A DNA stretch of 64,000 bases from Chrysemys picta bellii (GCF_011386835.1 NC_088814.1:2046001-2110000); one strand, 5' to 3'; shown: positions 13,357 to 26,700, counted from the stretch's first letter. Program-made: numbers and translations. The notes: generated from the letters alone by a model not told the origin.

Positions 13357-14652
13357 ACCAAAAGTGTGAGATTCCATATGCTACCTGCTGTATTTCATGC
13401 TTGGAAGCAGTTGAACTTGGTCTCTTCTCCCCAGCCTCTTTTAATTTTTCTACTTGTTTTATTTTGTGTGTGTTCTGACAAGATTTTAAGATGGGAGGGG
13501 GGGGTTGTTTTTTGCTCATGGACACAGCTGCTTTTGACTTGAAGAACTAGACATGTTAGCTTGAAAATAAGTTGTAACCTTCCTGACAAAAGGAGGAAGC
13601 AAAACCTGAAGAATACTGTTACCCATCAGCTATGGGTTGGGGTTCTCTTGTAGGTTGTTTTTCAGCTTTGTTTGCTCTGTGTTTACCTCTACCGCCCAAT
13701 AATATCCTATGTAGTGGGACCACTGCTGATATAACCAATGCCATTCAAACTCTGGTGTAGTAATTTAAAATGTAAAGTTGTAACATATACTCTTGGTAAA
13801 ACTGTGAAACTACCTGTATTGCATTTTCTATATTTACACGGCCACCACATTACTTACAGGAATCGCTGGCCCCCTACATTATCTGCATATGCAAGATGCA
13901 TATTCAGTGGGCCATTAATTATAGTTGCTATAATAATCCTACTTGTCTCTATATTATTGTAACCTAACTTAAATAAACAATACATTAATCATTTTTAGCT
14001 GGATTTTGTATTTTTTCAGTGCTGGCACCTTGAGATTTGTACTGAATCTTACTTTACATAAGGAAATAGAATACTTTAAAAAACTGGGTAACCTGCATTC
14101 TGCAGATCTATAATGTCTACTCTTTCTTTGGGTTCTCCTTCTGAAGATCAGGCCCTCAGTGTCTCCAATTGGGCACCCCAAATCAGTAGCCACTTCTGAA
14201 AGTTTAGGCCTTAATGTGTAGCAAATGGTCAAAATCATAGCAGTTTTTTTGTCATATTTATGAGATAAACTACTGTGGCGATGGGGACAATATATAAGTA
14301 CCTGGATAAACTTGGCAGAAATGGGCAAGGTCTTACAGCATGAGTTAAGATGCAAGGGGAAAAAGGTCAACATACCTTTCTGCAGTTTGCTTAATTAAGG
14401 GACTTAATATGTATAAATGCTCCAGTAACACTGCATGAAAGTTGGGGTGTTATATCATATTGCATTAATAATAATAATCCCAATGTCTAAAGTCATTTAG
14501 AGTAAGACAAGCTGTAGTTGATTGAATCATGGTGACAAAAGTAAATTCTCAACTCACCTGCACTATAAATAAAGTACAGCCTGAAGATAGGAAAATTAGT
14601 AATGCCTTGTGCCATCCTAGTAAAGACCCTATGCTACAAAATTCCCCAACGA

Positions 14653-14675
14653 AGAGAGAGAGAGAGAGAGAGAGA
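14653..14675. repeat. (AG)n microsatellite
   Basis: About 11 AG units. Confidence 0.9.
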
Positions 14676-15574
14676 TTGAAATGAGGAGAATATGGTTCAA
14701 AACTTCCCTCGGGCTTGATAGGCTGCATGAGATTATGGGTAAAGGCATACTTGAGCTTTGACCGGTGGGTACCATAGGTAGGTAGCATTTGGCACAGATA
14801 CAGCAAGTGCTGTCTACACAACTGGATTCCCCAGCAATGGGATACACACTGTAAGCTAGGTCTCTCTATTTGGGAACCTCTATCAAATCACACTTCGGCT
14901 GGATGTATCTTTTGTGATATTACTTCAGAGGTGACCCAATGGATTCTAATAAACGAAGCCCTGGGCCACTTGCCTGCAGCCTGCGTATTGCAGGTGGGAG
15001 AGGCTCCAGGTGCAAGAGAAGTGATGTCTCTGGACTGACGAGGCTCTCCTATCCCAGCCAGCCCTAGGATCTCTGCTGCCCTTAGCCCAGAGCCTCAGCC
15101 CCCACCCGCCTGCCCCTTGCCCTCGCTGCCCAGCCCCACATGCAGCCAGAGCCCAGTGCGCTGAAGGCGCAGTCCTACCTGCCTCTGTCGCCTGTGTCTC
15201 CAGCAGGGAGGATGCCGGGGAGCAGAGCAGGGCCCCAGGGTGACTTTCCTCAGGCACGCCAGCACCCCGGGCCTGGGCCGGCGGAGGCCCAGGGGCCTGC
15301 TGCCAAGGGGGAGGGCTGGAGCCCACCCCCCATCGTGGGGGATGAGGGTTGGGCGGGATGCTCAGTGGGAGGGACCTGCTGGCTCAGAAATGGGGGAGAG
15401 GGGCCCCTGCCGTGACAGGAGCCACTGAGGGCGTGCGGCGCCTGGCCGCCCTCCACCAAGGCGACCTGGGGGGATGCTGTCCGCTCCTTCTTGGCCTCCC
15501 GCCCAGCTACCTGAATCTGCTCCTTCCTCGTGCCAGTGAGGCAAAGCCCCACACCTCCAACCTCATTAGCGCCC

Positions 15575-15650
15575 TTTTACACAGAGGGAAACTGAGGCAA
15601 GAGGACATGCGCGCGCATCTCCCCGTCCCCAGCGGGATTCGAACCGGCGA
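15575..15650 (-). mobile_element. MIR/CORE-SINE-like relic
   Basis: TTTTACACAGAGGGAAACTGAGGCA core-like motif followed by GGGATTCGAACC (reverse B-box). Confidence 0.55.
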
Positions 15651-15699
15651 AACCCCCCCCCTCCCCCACCTCGCTCCCTGGTTCTAGAACTCCCTGAGG

Positions 15700-15960
15700 A
15701 GAAAGCGGCGAGGGGGCGGAGCCGAGCCCGCCCCTTTCCCGCGTAGAGCTGCTCCCCCGTCAGCGTGAGGCGGCGCGCGCGCCACCGCCGCTTCTCGGGG
15801 TGCGCGCGCGCCACCGCCGCTTCTCGGGGTGCGCGCGCGCCACCGCCGCTTCTCGGGGTGCGCGCGCGTTGAGTGACGTCCCACCCCCCCCTTCCTACGT
15901 CCTTCCGGCGGCGCCCCTGGGTCTCGCTGGGAGCCGTTGGCTAGCGGGCAAGATGGCGGC
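15700..15960 (+). promoter_or_regulatory. KLHL11 CpG-island promoter and 5' region
   Basis: CpG-dense; GGGGCGG GC box near 15714; CRE-like TGACGTC 15874-15880; ETS-like CTTCCGG 15902-15908; YY1 consensus CAAGATGGCGGC 15949-15960 overlapping the start codon. Confidence 0.75.
15773..15868. repeat. 29-bp tandem repeat, 3.3 perfect copies (GCGCGCGCGCCACCGCCGCTTCTCGGGGT)
   Basis: Units start at 15773, 15802 and 15831, with a partial unit at 15860. Confidence 0.97.
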
Positions 15961-18900
15961 GGCCGCCGCGGCCTCGCCTCAGACGCAGGCCGGGCCCGCG
16001 GGGGAAGGCGCGGGCGCGGAGGGGCCCGGCGGCGGCGGCGGCGGCGGCCCGGGCGCGGAGGGGCCCGGCGGCGGCGGGGAGCCGGAGCTGGAGCCGGAGG
16101 CGGAGGAGTTCGCGTGCCCGGCGCACTGCAGCGAGCTGGCCTGGCGGCAGAACGAGCAGCGCCGCCTCGACCTCTTCTGCGACATCACCCTGGCCTTCGG
16201 GGGCGGCGCCGGGCCGCTCCGCGAGGTCCGCGCCCACCGCTCCGTGCTGGCCGCCGCCACCGACTACTTCACCCCGCTGCTGTCGGGCGGCTTCGCCGAG
16301 TCGCGCTCCGGCCGGGTGGAGCTGCGGAAGTGGAGCTCGGAGGGGGGGCCCGAGCCGGACACGGTGGAGGCGGTGGTCGGCTTCATGTACACGGGCAGCA
16401 TCCGCGTCAGCCCGGGCAACGTGCACGAGGTGCTGGAGATGGCCGACAGGTGAGGGGGCGGGCCGGGGTAGCCGACAGGTGAGGGGGCGGGGGGAAGGGG
16501 TGGAGGTGGGCCGGGGCAGCCGAGAGGTGACGGGGAGGGCAGGAGGTGGAGGTGGGCCAGGGTAGTCGACAGGTGAGGGGGCAGGCCTGGGGGGGAAAGG
16601 GCAGGAGGTGGGGGTGGGCCGGGGTAGTTGACAGGTGAGGGGGCAGGCCTGGGGGGGAAAGGGCAGGAGGTGGGGGTGGGCCGGGGTAGTTGACAGGTGA
16701 GGGGGCAGGCCTGGGGGGGGAAGGGCAGGAGGTGGGGGTGGGCCGGGGTAGTCGACAGGTGAGGGGAGAGACAAGGCAGAAGGTGAGGCTGGAGGGGGGG
16801 AAGGGCAGGAGGTGGGCCGGGGCAGCCGAGAGGTGACGGGGAGGGCAGGAGGTGGAGGTGGGCCAGGGTAGTCGACAGGTGAGGGGGCAGGCCTGGGGGG
16901 GGAAGGGCAGGAGGTGGGGATGGGCCAGGGTGGCCGACAGGTGAGGGGAGGGACAGGGCAGAAGGTGGGGTGGGCATGGGGAAGTGCAGGTGCCGGGGGC
17001 TGAGGTGAGGGGGGGTGTGGGGGGCTGGGGCAGGCCGGGGTAGGCTGAGGTGGCCCATAGATGAGGGGCGTGGGGAAGGAGGTGGCTGATAAGTGAATGG
17101 AGGGAAGCGATTGGCCAGAGGCTGCCCAAGGCAATCTTCCCTCTTCCCCCCCCTCCCCCCCGTAAAACTTCAGTATGTTGCCACCCCCCCTCCCCATAGG
17201 CCTATGGTAGACTTGGCCTGGCCATTTCGCTGTCAGATGAAGGGTTGGCTGCGCCAAATTTCAGTGAGTGGCGTTTTGATCTAGTGCAGTATGGGGCGGC
17301 ACTCAGATTTGGGGTAGCCAGGCTAAATCTGTCACCCTAGTCAGTAGTCTGGTTTGTTTGTAGCTAGAGTGGTGTGGGGGGGGAGAGATAGGCGAGGGGG
17401 CAGGGAGGCGCAGTGGAGAAAGGTAAAAGTTGGTGTAGTACAGGCGCGCAGGTGAAGGGGCAAGGGAGAGAAGGTGATGGAGGTGGCTAGTAAGTGAAGT
17501 GCAGAAATGGTGGGTTGGAGGTGGTGGGCAAGAGAGGGGGGTTGGAGGACAGCAGCTACTCATTAAGTGGTTACATTGGAATGGGGGGGAGGATGCTGGA
17601 GCTGGCAGGGGAGATGTGGAGGGATGACCAGTAGTGGGGGTAGAGTAGTGGCATGCTCTCCTGAGTCCTATGTCCTTCCTATAGGAGCAGGATCATGTTA
17701 TGCCATCTTCTCATCTCTGTACCCTCGTAATTAGGCCCACCTCTTTTAGCTAAATTTTACAGCTCCTGAATTCTCTGAAGGTGAAGGGATCAAAGCTTCC
17801 CTTCAGGGAGGGGGCACACATCATGCACAGCATTCCTAACCTCCAAAGAGCTTCGCTGAGCTGCACCCTGGAGATTGGACATACCAAATTCATCTCCCTT
17901 AGGGGATAATTCACTAGAGGTTACAGTGGACTGGTTGGAGGCATCTGAACTTAAATGCACTGATCTAATAGGTGCCCCCTTCCACCAGCAGTTAATATAC
18001 CTAGTAAACGGAGCCAGTATTGCAGTTTGGCTTGCGGCCCTTGAATGTATCTGTAGGCTACAAGATGGCTAAAGGGGGCTGTTAAAAGAACAGTTATGAA
18101 ACATTGACTTCCTAAAGTACATCAGGAACTTGGTTGTTGTGCAGTATGAACACATTTTTGTTAAAGACATATGATTGGATTTAACCTCACTCCCCTCAGT
18201 TCATGGCTTAACTCATCTTTGTTTGCTCTTCAGGTTTTTATTGATGCGGTTAAAGGAATTCTGTGGAGAGTTTCTGAAGAAAAAACTGAATCTCTCCAAC
18301 TGTGTGGCTATTCATAGCTTAGCTCATATGTATTCCTTGAACCAGCTTGCCCTGAAAGCTGCAGACATGATAAGAAGGAACTTCTGCAAAGTTATCCAAG
18401 ATGAAGAGTTCTACACATTACCCTTTCACCTCATCCGAGACTGGCTTTCAGACTTGGAAATCACAGTGGACTCTGAAGAAGTTCTTTTTGAGACTGTGTT
18501 AAAGTGGGTTCAGAGAAACGCTGACGAAAGAGAGAGGTACTTTGAAGAACTCTTTAAACTGCTCAGACTGTCTCAGATGAAACCCACTTACCTTACCCGG
18601 CATGTCAAATCTGAAAGGCTAGTATCCAGTAATGAAGCCTGTCTTAAATTGGTGTCTGAAGCTGTAGAAAATCATGCCCTGAGGGCTGAAAACTTGCAGT
18701 CTGGTAATTTACAACATTCTGCTTATCCTGTAGCATTGCTGCCTCGCTATGGGCAGAACATGGATGTCATCATGGTGATCGGCGGTGTGTCAGAGGGAGG
18801 GGATTATTTAAGTGAGTGTGTGGGGTATTTCATTGATGAAGATAGGTGGGTAAACTTACCTCACATACATAATCACCTTGATGGACATGCTGTTGCTGTT

Positions 18901-19812
18901 ACAGAATCATATGTTTATGTGGCTGGCTCCATGGAACCTGGCTTTGCCAAGACTGTAGAAAAGTACAACCCCAACAGAAATGTCTGGGAGCAAGTCTCTC
19001 ATCTAATAACTAGAAAGCATTCTTTTGGCCTCACTGAAGTCAAGGGGAACTTGTACAGTATTGGTGGACATGGTAACTTCAGTCCTGGCTTTAAAGATGT
19101 AACCATTTACAATCCCGAGCAAGACAAATGGCACAACCTGGAGTCAGCCCCAAAGATCCTTCGTGATGTCAAAGCAGTCACCATAGAAGATAGATTTGTT
19201 TACATTGCTGCTCGAACCCCAGTTGATGATAGTGAAGATGGTTTAAGGGCAGTCATTACCAGATATGACACAGAGACAAGGCACTGGCAAGACATCGAAT
19301 CTCTGCCACTCATTGATAACTACTGCTCTTTTCAGATGTCTGTTGCCAACACAAACTTTTATCAGACAGCATCATGCTGCCCCAAGAGTTACCCCATAGA
19401 TAATGAAGAGGCTAAGAGAAAGATCTCTGGCAGAATACCAGAAGAGATTCTTGAAAGTTTACCTCCAGAAGTTCTTAGCATTGAAGGGGCAGCCATTTGC
19501 TATTTTAAAGATGATGTTTTCATCATTGGTGGGTGGAAGAACAGTGATGATATAGATAAGCAATACAGAAAAGAGGCCTACCGTTATTGTGCTGAGAGAA
19601 AGCGATGGATGCTTCTCCCTCCCATGCCGCAGCCTCGCTGTAGAGCAACAGCCTGCCATGTAAGAATCCCATTCAGATGCTTACATGGTACACAAAGATA
19701 CCCTATGCCGCAAAATCTGATGTGGCAAAAGGATAGAATACGGCAGCTGCAGGAAATACACCGGCATTCTTTAAGCTTGCGAAGAATGCCCCGCTCACAG
19801 ATTGAGTGCTAA
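15953..19812 (+). CDS. KLHL11: Kelch-like protein 11 (BTB-BACK-Kelch, CUL3 substrate adaptor)
   Basis: Exon 1 15953-16449 (MAAAAAAS...[13 protein letters not shown]...FCDITL...[14 protein letters not shown]...EMADR); exon 2 18234-19812 ([18 protein letters not shown]...MPRSQIEC*). Phase-2 GT-AG junction. Matches vertebrate KLHL11 as I recall it. Confidence 0.97.
16442..16960. repeat. G-rich minisatellite (about 62-bp period) at the start of KLHL11 intron 1
   Basis: Recurrent GACAGGTGAGGGG, with GT at 16450, 16479, 16573, 16635, 16697, 16759, 16879 and 16941. Confidence 0.95.
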
Positions 19813-22800
19813 TTCCTGGAAGACCATTCCTCTAATAAACCTGGTTTAAGAAATACGGTGCTATCTATTTTGTAAGGCTCAATACATTGCCATTGTATAT
19901 TCGGATTTGGATAACTGAACTGGTTGCTGGTTTGATGCATAAAAGTAACATCTTTACTTAAATACTGAGGATGGGAAATAATTAACAAACACCTAAAATC
20001 CCTCTCTCTTGTATATAGTTGAGAAGAGCATACAGTAGCCCAGGAAAAATAAATTCCTATTAAGGGGATGTGATGAAATGCCTGCCACTTTAAGAAAATT
20101 TGATGCAGAATCTGTTAATTCTCTTGTCCAACCCTCATTTTCAAGGATTTATATGGAGTTAGTCTGTCAACAATTCCTTCAATTTAAAAAACAAACTCCA
20201 GCTGTATTCTTAAAGCACCAATTTTATTTGCACTTACATATTGATATTCCTTTAGCTTCTCTTCTCCTGAGTAGCTGAAATTCACATACCATTGGCATCC
20301 ATGCACTTAGTTCTCCAAAACTGAAGGCACATGCAATAGTTAGGAATACCTGTTATATAAAAATAAAAGCACAATCTTTTTTCATAAAATTACTTCAGGA
20401 TGTTTCTCTGTGTGTTAAATACTTTGTTTCTGTATATTGTAGAAATGCCAGAATTTACTTGTAACAAATGATTGGTAAAACATCAGAGACTTACTAAAAT
20501 AGCATTTGAGACAGCACTTGGGATGATTTCACTATCTGGACATCCTTCATGTTTCTGGGTCTCTTCTTTGTCAGCTTGATTAGAAACTTAAACAATCAAC
20601 CTGATTAAATGAGTGAAAACAGTAAAAATGTTAACAGTAAAAAAAAAAGTAACTGTCCACTTCTAAAATATCTGAGGACATTAGGGATTACTAAAAGCAA
20701 AATTATTTCCTAGCGGGGTATTAAAAACGGAGCTACTTGACGTTTTTTTCCAAACATGGCACACATTTAATTCCAGTGAGAGTTTGAAAAATGAACCTGT
20801 ATCCAGCCTGCCTTTGACAATCAATACTTTTTTGCCATCGATATATTTTCCTCTAGTGCCACGCTGTTCCCTGACAAATTAGCACTTGTGTTTCTGTTGA
20901 AGTGGAACAATCAGTTCTTGAAATCTAATTGCCAATAAGAAGCTTTTAGTGATCTTAAACCTTCACAGTCTTCAAATGTTTGAATTCTCCATTTATTCTG
21001 TTTGCAGCATTTATAGATGGTTGGGGTGAAATTAAGCTATTTAATTTTTTGACATCTGAGATTGTTTTATGAATAGGGCCATGTTGGTTCTAGATTACTT
21101 AATACAATATTCTCTAAGGGAAATATCCAACACATTGTCCCATGGAAGTAGCATTGCCCAGAAGTAACCATCCAGCTAAGCCCTCTCCCCTTATTCTCAT
21201 CGCAAAAGTTGCTCAATTATTTCTTGTGAATTCCATTGTCCTTTCTACCTCCTCTTTATTTAACTGTTTGGATTATTTCCACCGTAGGCCTAACTCAGGA
21301 TCTTAGGGAAGGGAAAGGAGTAGTAACCAGGGTATCCCAAACGTCTACACAATCAAACCTTGTTGAGACAGCCGCTTACTTTCTCTTGTTCATTTTATGG
21401 TCATCTTAAATGGGGGCATCTTAAAAGCTCTTCTAAACATTTTACTCTTTTTAAAAGTTTAACTTTCTGAACTGACACGTCTCATTTTCCAATTCAGCAG
21501 GCAGTCTAGATCCTGTCTGAAATACTAGGTAAGTCTTTCAACTGCATGATGTGTACAGGTTTTTCTGACTTGCATCTGACCCTTAATATTTCCTCTTGAA
21601 ATTCACTTGACATTTTCTGTATCATTAACTTGCTTTGCTGTAATATTCAGACTAATCCAGGCTTGTAAAAATTACTATGAAAATGTAACAGCTCAGATAC
21701 AGTCTAATCATGTGCTAATACCATCCTGTTGGATTTTACTTGGCTTTCGAATTACGCTGCAAGAGCAAGCGGGCAGGTCAAAATTTGCAAGGTGCAGGCC
21801 TCACCTGTTCAAGAGGGGAAATCAAGTTCAAGGCTGACATCCAGAAGTTGTTGGCTCTGAAAGACTTGCATGAACTCATTTGGCAAGGTGCTGATGAACG
21901 TAGTTTATCAACAGCACTGATAGAGCATTTGGTTGTAAAATATCATGATTATCATATTTTAATTGCAATCTAAACAAAATCTTTGGGTTGCATATCACCA
22001 CAGATCAGCCTAGGCCAGCGGATGCACAAGCATGATCTTGTTTGGTTATAACAAAAATTAATAATAGCCCTGACTATGAAATAACGCTTGGCTTTTGTAC
22101 ATCTTAGAGATCTTAAGATTTTTAAATGAAGATGCAAAAATAACTTCATGCCCGGGTGGTCTAACTTGTGAATGCCAGCCCTGGTTTACCGTGTGATGCA
22201 CTTTATCTCCCTTCCGGTGTGTTCAGTTTGCATGATGAGTGCGTGATGGGCACTATGGAGCGTAGTCAATTTCACAGCAGTCTGGTTTTTTTTTTTTATG
22301 CCAGTTCCAGGGGACCTCTTCATTCTTAAATAGGCTTTTTTACATTGAATTGATGTGGCTCAATGGCATCTGCGCACATGTTTTTAAACAAAAAGTCTAA
22401 CTGCCCTTTGTACACAAAGTAGTAGTTATAAGATGTAGAAAACTTAAATGTGTGTTGACTGTGGATCTAGCTCAGTCCACTAACCTGTCAGCCATTTCAC
22501 AAGTTCACGTAGTGTAGTGGTACATGTACACGCTTCAGCTGTAGTTACAGCAGGGTAGTTAAACTAACAAGAATCTTACACCTATATCCAATAAGGATAA
22601 CTAAACTGACTCCTATCTTTGTCTTTCATTAAGAAAAAAATCAGGTAGAATATTCAGACTCTTCTGCCGTTTAAGACAATCGTACCTTTTTTGCTGTACT
22701 AAACACATGCCTTGAAATGCATGTTCTATGTCCCATTTTTCTGTTTAAAATATTAGTGAAGTAGCGTAAACCTCTGACCAGCTAGACTGGCAATGTAATC

Positions 22801-23541
22801 ATTTTTAGGTGCCATATGTGTACATAATATTTTATAACAACCTGAATGGTCTATTAGTAAGTAAATGTTTTGTATGTATTTTTAATACTTCTCTGCACAA
22901 AGTTAGAAAGACACCACCCCAAACATATAGAATATATGCCATCTTTTTAAATGCACTAAGTATTCTCTGCTACTGCTTATTGATGTTATCCCCAAATTAT
23001 TTTTCCATTATAGTAAACAATAAAATAACAGGACTATTGCGTCAATGAATATTTATGTTTACTAGAGGCAGACTGCATTGTGCAGATTAACAAAGTTTAA
23101 GGGCCTTTTGACCTGAAATTACAATAGTATACTGTAGTGTTAGACTTGTTTGTAAAGGACCCAGTTAATATAAGTGTATTTGTATGGCTTAGCGTTATTT
23201 TCAGCCACTTCTCAAATAGAATATAATCATCTTTAATATAACCAGTTTAGGGGAAGCTTCCTAATACAAGCACTCTTGAGGATATAATCCTATAAAGTAC
23301 ATGAATGTTAAATGTAGAAATAACTAGAAGTCCTAGATATTACTCATGGATCCACATCGCTTTGGATCCCATGACCTATAAGGCAGCTGTTCGCTTCTGC
23401 AATTGCTTGGGTAAGCAGTACCCTCCATACCGGGAAGAATTACATTGCTTCCTGTAAGGTAAAGTAGAGTTTCTGTTTGAAACAAAGAATATTGTAATGT
23501 TTAAGTTCTTGAAACTAAACATTGTACTAATGTTTTGTTGT

Positions 23542-23555
23542 AATAAAAGTTTATT
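23542..23555. terminator. Back-to-back polyadenylation hexamers AATAAA (+) and TTTATT (= AATAAA on -)
   Basis: AATAAA-AG-TTTATT between the convergent KLHL11 and KLHL10 stop codons. Confidence 0.5.
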
Positions 23556-23769
23556 TCTCTATTATTGTGGTCTTCCATATGCTTTTTTGCCAGGTATGCA
23601 CTATTTAGCACTATAACCCATGTTTGTAAATGATAGATGTCTGGCTCCATTGAATGAAACAATTTCCAGGACTGACTATTCCTGTGAGTTTGTATCCAAT
23701 TGCTTTTATTTTAAAAAGTGAATACATACAGTTCTTGCTTAGAAGACTTTATTAGCTAAGTGGAGCTAT

Positions 23770-26700
23770 TCATACAGGTAGGGTACTCGTCGAAGAGGAG
23801 TATTTGACTTCATCTCGCTGTGATAATCCTATAAAGTTGTCTCGTCTGGCAGCGTACTCCCCAACATTGGCTAGTCCTGGCACCACACAGCAGCTCAAAG
23901 CACTACGGTATATGCTCATGTCATGGGCATCATACCACTCATCAGTCTTTTCATCGTAACATTCAACATTGAATGTGGTAGTGAAACCATTAAAGCCACC
24001 CACCACAAACAGAAGGTCATCCACCACTTCAATGCCAAAATTACTACGGGGATTAAACATGGTTGGGATTGTACGCCAGGTGTTGGCAACTGGATTGTAG
24101 GCTTCTGCACTCCGAAGACGGTTGGCGCCGTCAAAGCCTCCTACCTGTAGACATCAAAGAAATATGGCGTTTACTAGCTGAGGAAGGGCTTATATTAGGT
24201 GGCTGAATTGTTACATGGGTTTAGGACTCATGCATATTCAGTAGGCCAAATTCTGTGCATATTCAACTTCATTGACTAGAAGTGTGAATATTCAGCACTT
24301 CTGAAGATCAGACCTTAATTCTGCATATTCACTTACTGCAGGCTACTACTTTGTTCTTTCCAGTTATGGTAAAATCTAACTGCCAAAAATGTTTATTGGA
24401 ATAGTTAAATTTTACATTCTTACATCTAAAGGAGGCAAAGGTACAGGATGTATATGAGTTAAGTAGAAATAATCCAAAATTCACTTAAAAACAATATGAA
24501 GAATTGTAAGGTTGTGAGAGGTCAAGCGTTCAAAGTGGGGAAATAACAAGGTTCCAAGTGCAACTTTAACTTTGCCCCTTTTGCATATAACAGTATTCCA
24601 AATTACGTCGTACTATTTCTCAAACACAATACAACTCAGTTTTCTACAATCTTGGATATGTGTAGCCTCTTGTCACAATTGATGCCTCCCTGTTTAAAAT
24701 ATTCCGTTATCTTTCTGACGTCATATAAATTCTCTTGGGTATTTATTTCGAGAACTGTCAGTACCAACCTTTCTCAGCTGGCATTAAGTCCTTAGATGTT
24801 ACTGGAGGTTAAACAGTTGAGCTATAAACATGGCTTACGTGCAGCCTATTTTAGGTGAAATTTTGGTGAATGAGACAGCTGAATAGAGTAGTTACCTATG
24901 AACTTAGGAGACGTTCATATTCTAAACTTTCATTTTCTCTAGGTTGTTCATCTGGGGTATGTTGTAAAAATGTTCTCTTCGTCGTATACAACATTCTACA
25001 CCTGCATCTAAGGTTTTAGGAAAACTTTTATATTGTATTTGAGGATATTGATCTTACTGCATGTACACAAAGGGATGAGTATAACTTAGCACAAAAGTCC
25101 TAATCTGGAACTAAATGCCTAAGGAGAATCAGAAGACCCTATTCCATGAAAATGTGAAGAGCTGATGAGTGCACGCTTCGTTCACTGAAGCAAGAGGAAC
25201 CTCAGAGTTATGACACTTCAGGAATGGAGGTAGTTCTTAACTCTTAACAAAACATGGTGGTTCTTTCAAAAGTTTACAACTGAACATTGACTTAACACTG
25301 CTTTGAAACTTTACCATATAGAAGAAAAATGCTGCTTTCCCTTTCTTTTCTTTTAGTAGTTTGTTTAACACAGTACTCTACTGCTTTGTTTTTTTGGGTT
25401 TTTTTGTCTCTGCTGCTGCCTGATTGTGTACTTCCGGTTCCAAATGAGGTGTGTGGTTGACTGGTCTGTTTGTAACTCTGAGGTTCTTCTGTATGTTCAC
25501 TGCATCTGCCTCACTCAGTTCCCACCTTAACAGCTGCACCATTGGTGAGATAGCTTTCCTCTATATGCTGTATATGTACAGTCAGAGCCATCCCGTCCAT
25601 AGGATGAACCTGGGGGGCCCCATGCTTTGGGACGCAGGGTCGAGAGCAGCCTGGGGGGTTAGCGGGGGGCCTGGTGCTGGCAGCAGCGAGCGACCCGGCC
25701 CCAGCCCGCCCGCCCCGCCAGCTCCCAGCATTGCTCAGGGAAGGTGGTGGAAGCTGGAAAGAGGTGGGGCAGTGGCTTGGTGGAATGGGGGCAGAGCGGG
25801 GGCTTGGGGGAAGGGGTGGAGTGGGTGTGGGGCCTGGGGCACGGGGGGGTTGTCCCGGGCCCCGCACCCTCCTAGGGACGGTCCTGTGTACAGTGGTAGC
25901 CTATTGCTCATGACACTGGTTAGAAATAAAGACTGAGTAGGGAACATCCAAGAACAGCATTTCTCAAGGTATTGGACTTGTTAAATGTCTTCAGTAGGAC
26001 CATGAAAGACATCAGGGCTAATTCTCTACCAAACTTTATTTCAAAGCTATAGCTGTTAAAATTATTTCACAACTTTTTTTAGAGGTATGAAGCGGCTGCC
26101 ATATGCGGAGAGATTAATAAGACTGGGACTGTTCAGCTTGGAAAAGAGAGGACTAAGGGGTGAGATAGAGGTCTATAAAATCATGACTGGTGTGGAGAAA
26201 GTAAATAAGGAAGTGTTATTTACTCCTTGTCATAACACAAGAACTAGGGGTCACCAAATGAAAATAGGCAGCACGTTTAAAACAAACAAAAGGAAGTATT
26301 TTTTCAAACAACGCACAGTCAGTCTGTGGAACTCCTTGCCAGAGGATGTTAAGGCCAAGACTATTGGTTCAAAAAAGAACTAGATAAATTAATGGACGAT
26401 GGGTCCATCAATGGCTATTAGCCAGGCTGGGCAGGGATGGTGTCCCTATCCTCTGTTTGCCAGAAGCTGGGAATGGGCGGCAGGGGATGGATCACTTGAT
26501 GATTCCCTGCTCTGTTCATCCCCTCTGGGGCACCTGGCATTGGCCACTGGGCTAGATGGACCTTTGGTCTGACCCAGTCTGGCTGTTCTTATGTTTTATA
26601 TTTTAAATGAAGGAAAAATGCATTTTATTCTGCCCCTTCTCAATAAGTGGTTGATTCTTTTTCGCTCAACCTTGTCTCTTGAAATGTGACCTGTAGACAG

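Noticed and set aside
15634-15646. GGGATTCGAACC, a tRNA B-box on the minus strand
   Set aside because: No cloverleaf; context is a SINE relic
14946-15687. Several Pro/Gly/Ala-rich ORFs between ACLY and KLHL11
   Set aside because: No recognisable domain or splice structure; expected in GC-rich sequence
15941-17257. 438-aa and 264-aa Pro-rich minus-strand ORFs
   Set aside because: Antisense reading of KLHL11 exon 1 plus the G-rich minisatellite; low complexity
22232-22400. ATGATGA C-box-like motif in the KLHL11 3' region (possible snoRNA)
   Set aside because: No CTGA D box or terminal stem within range, and not intronic
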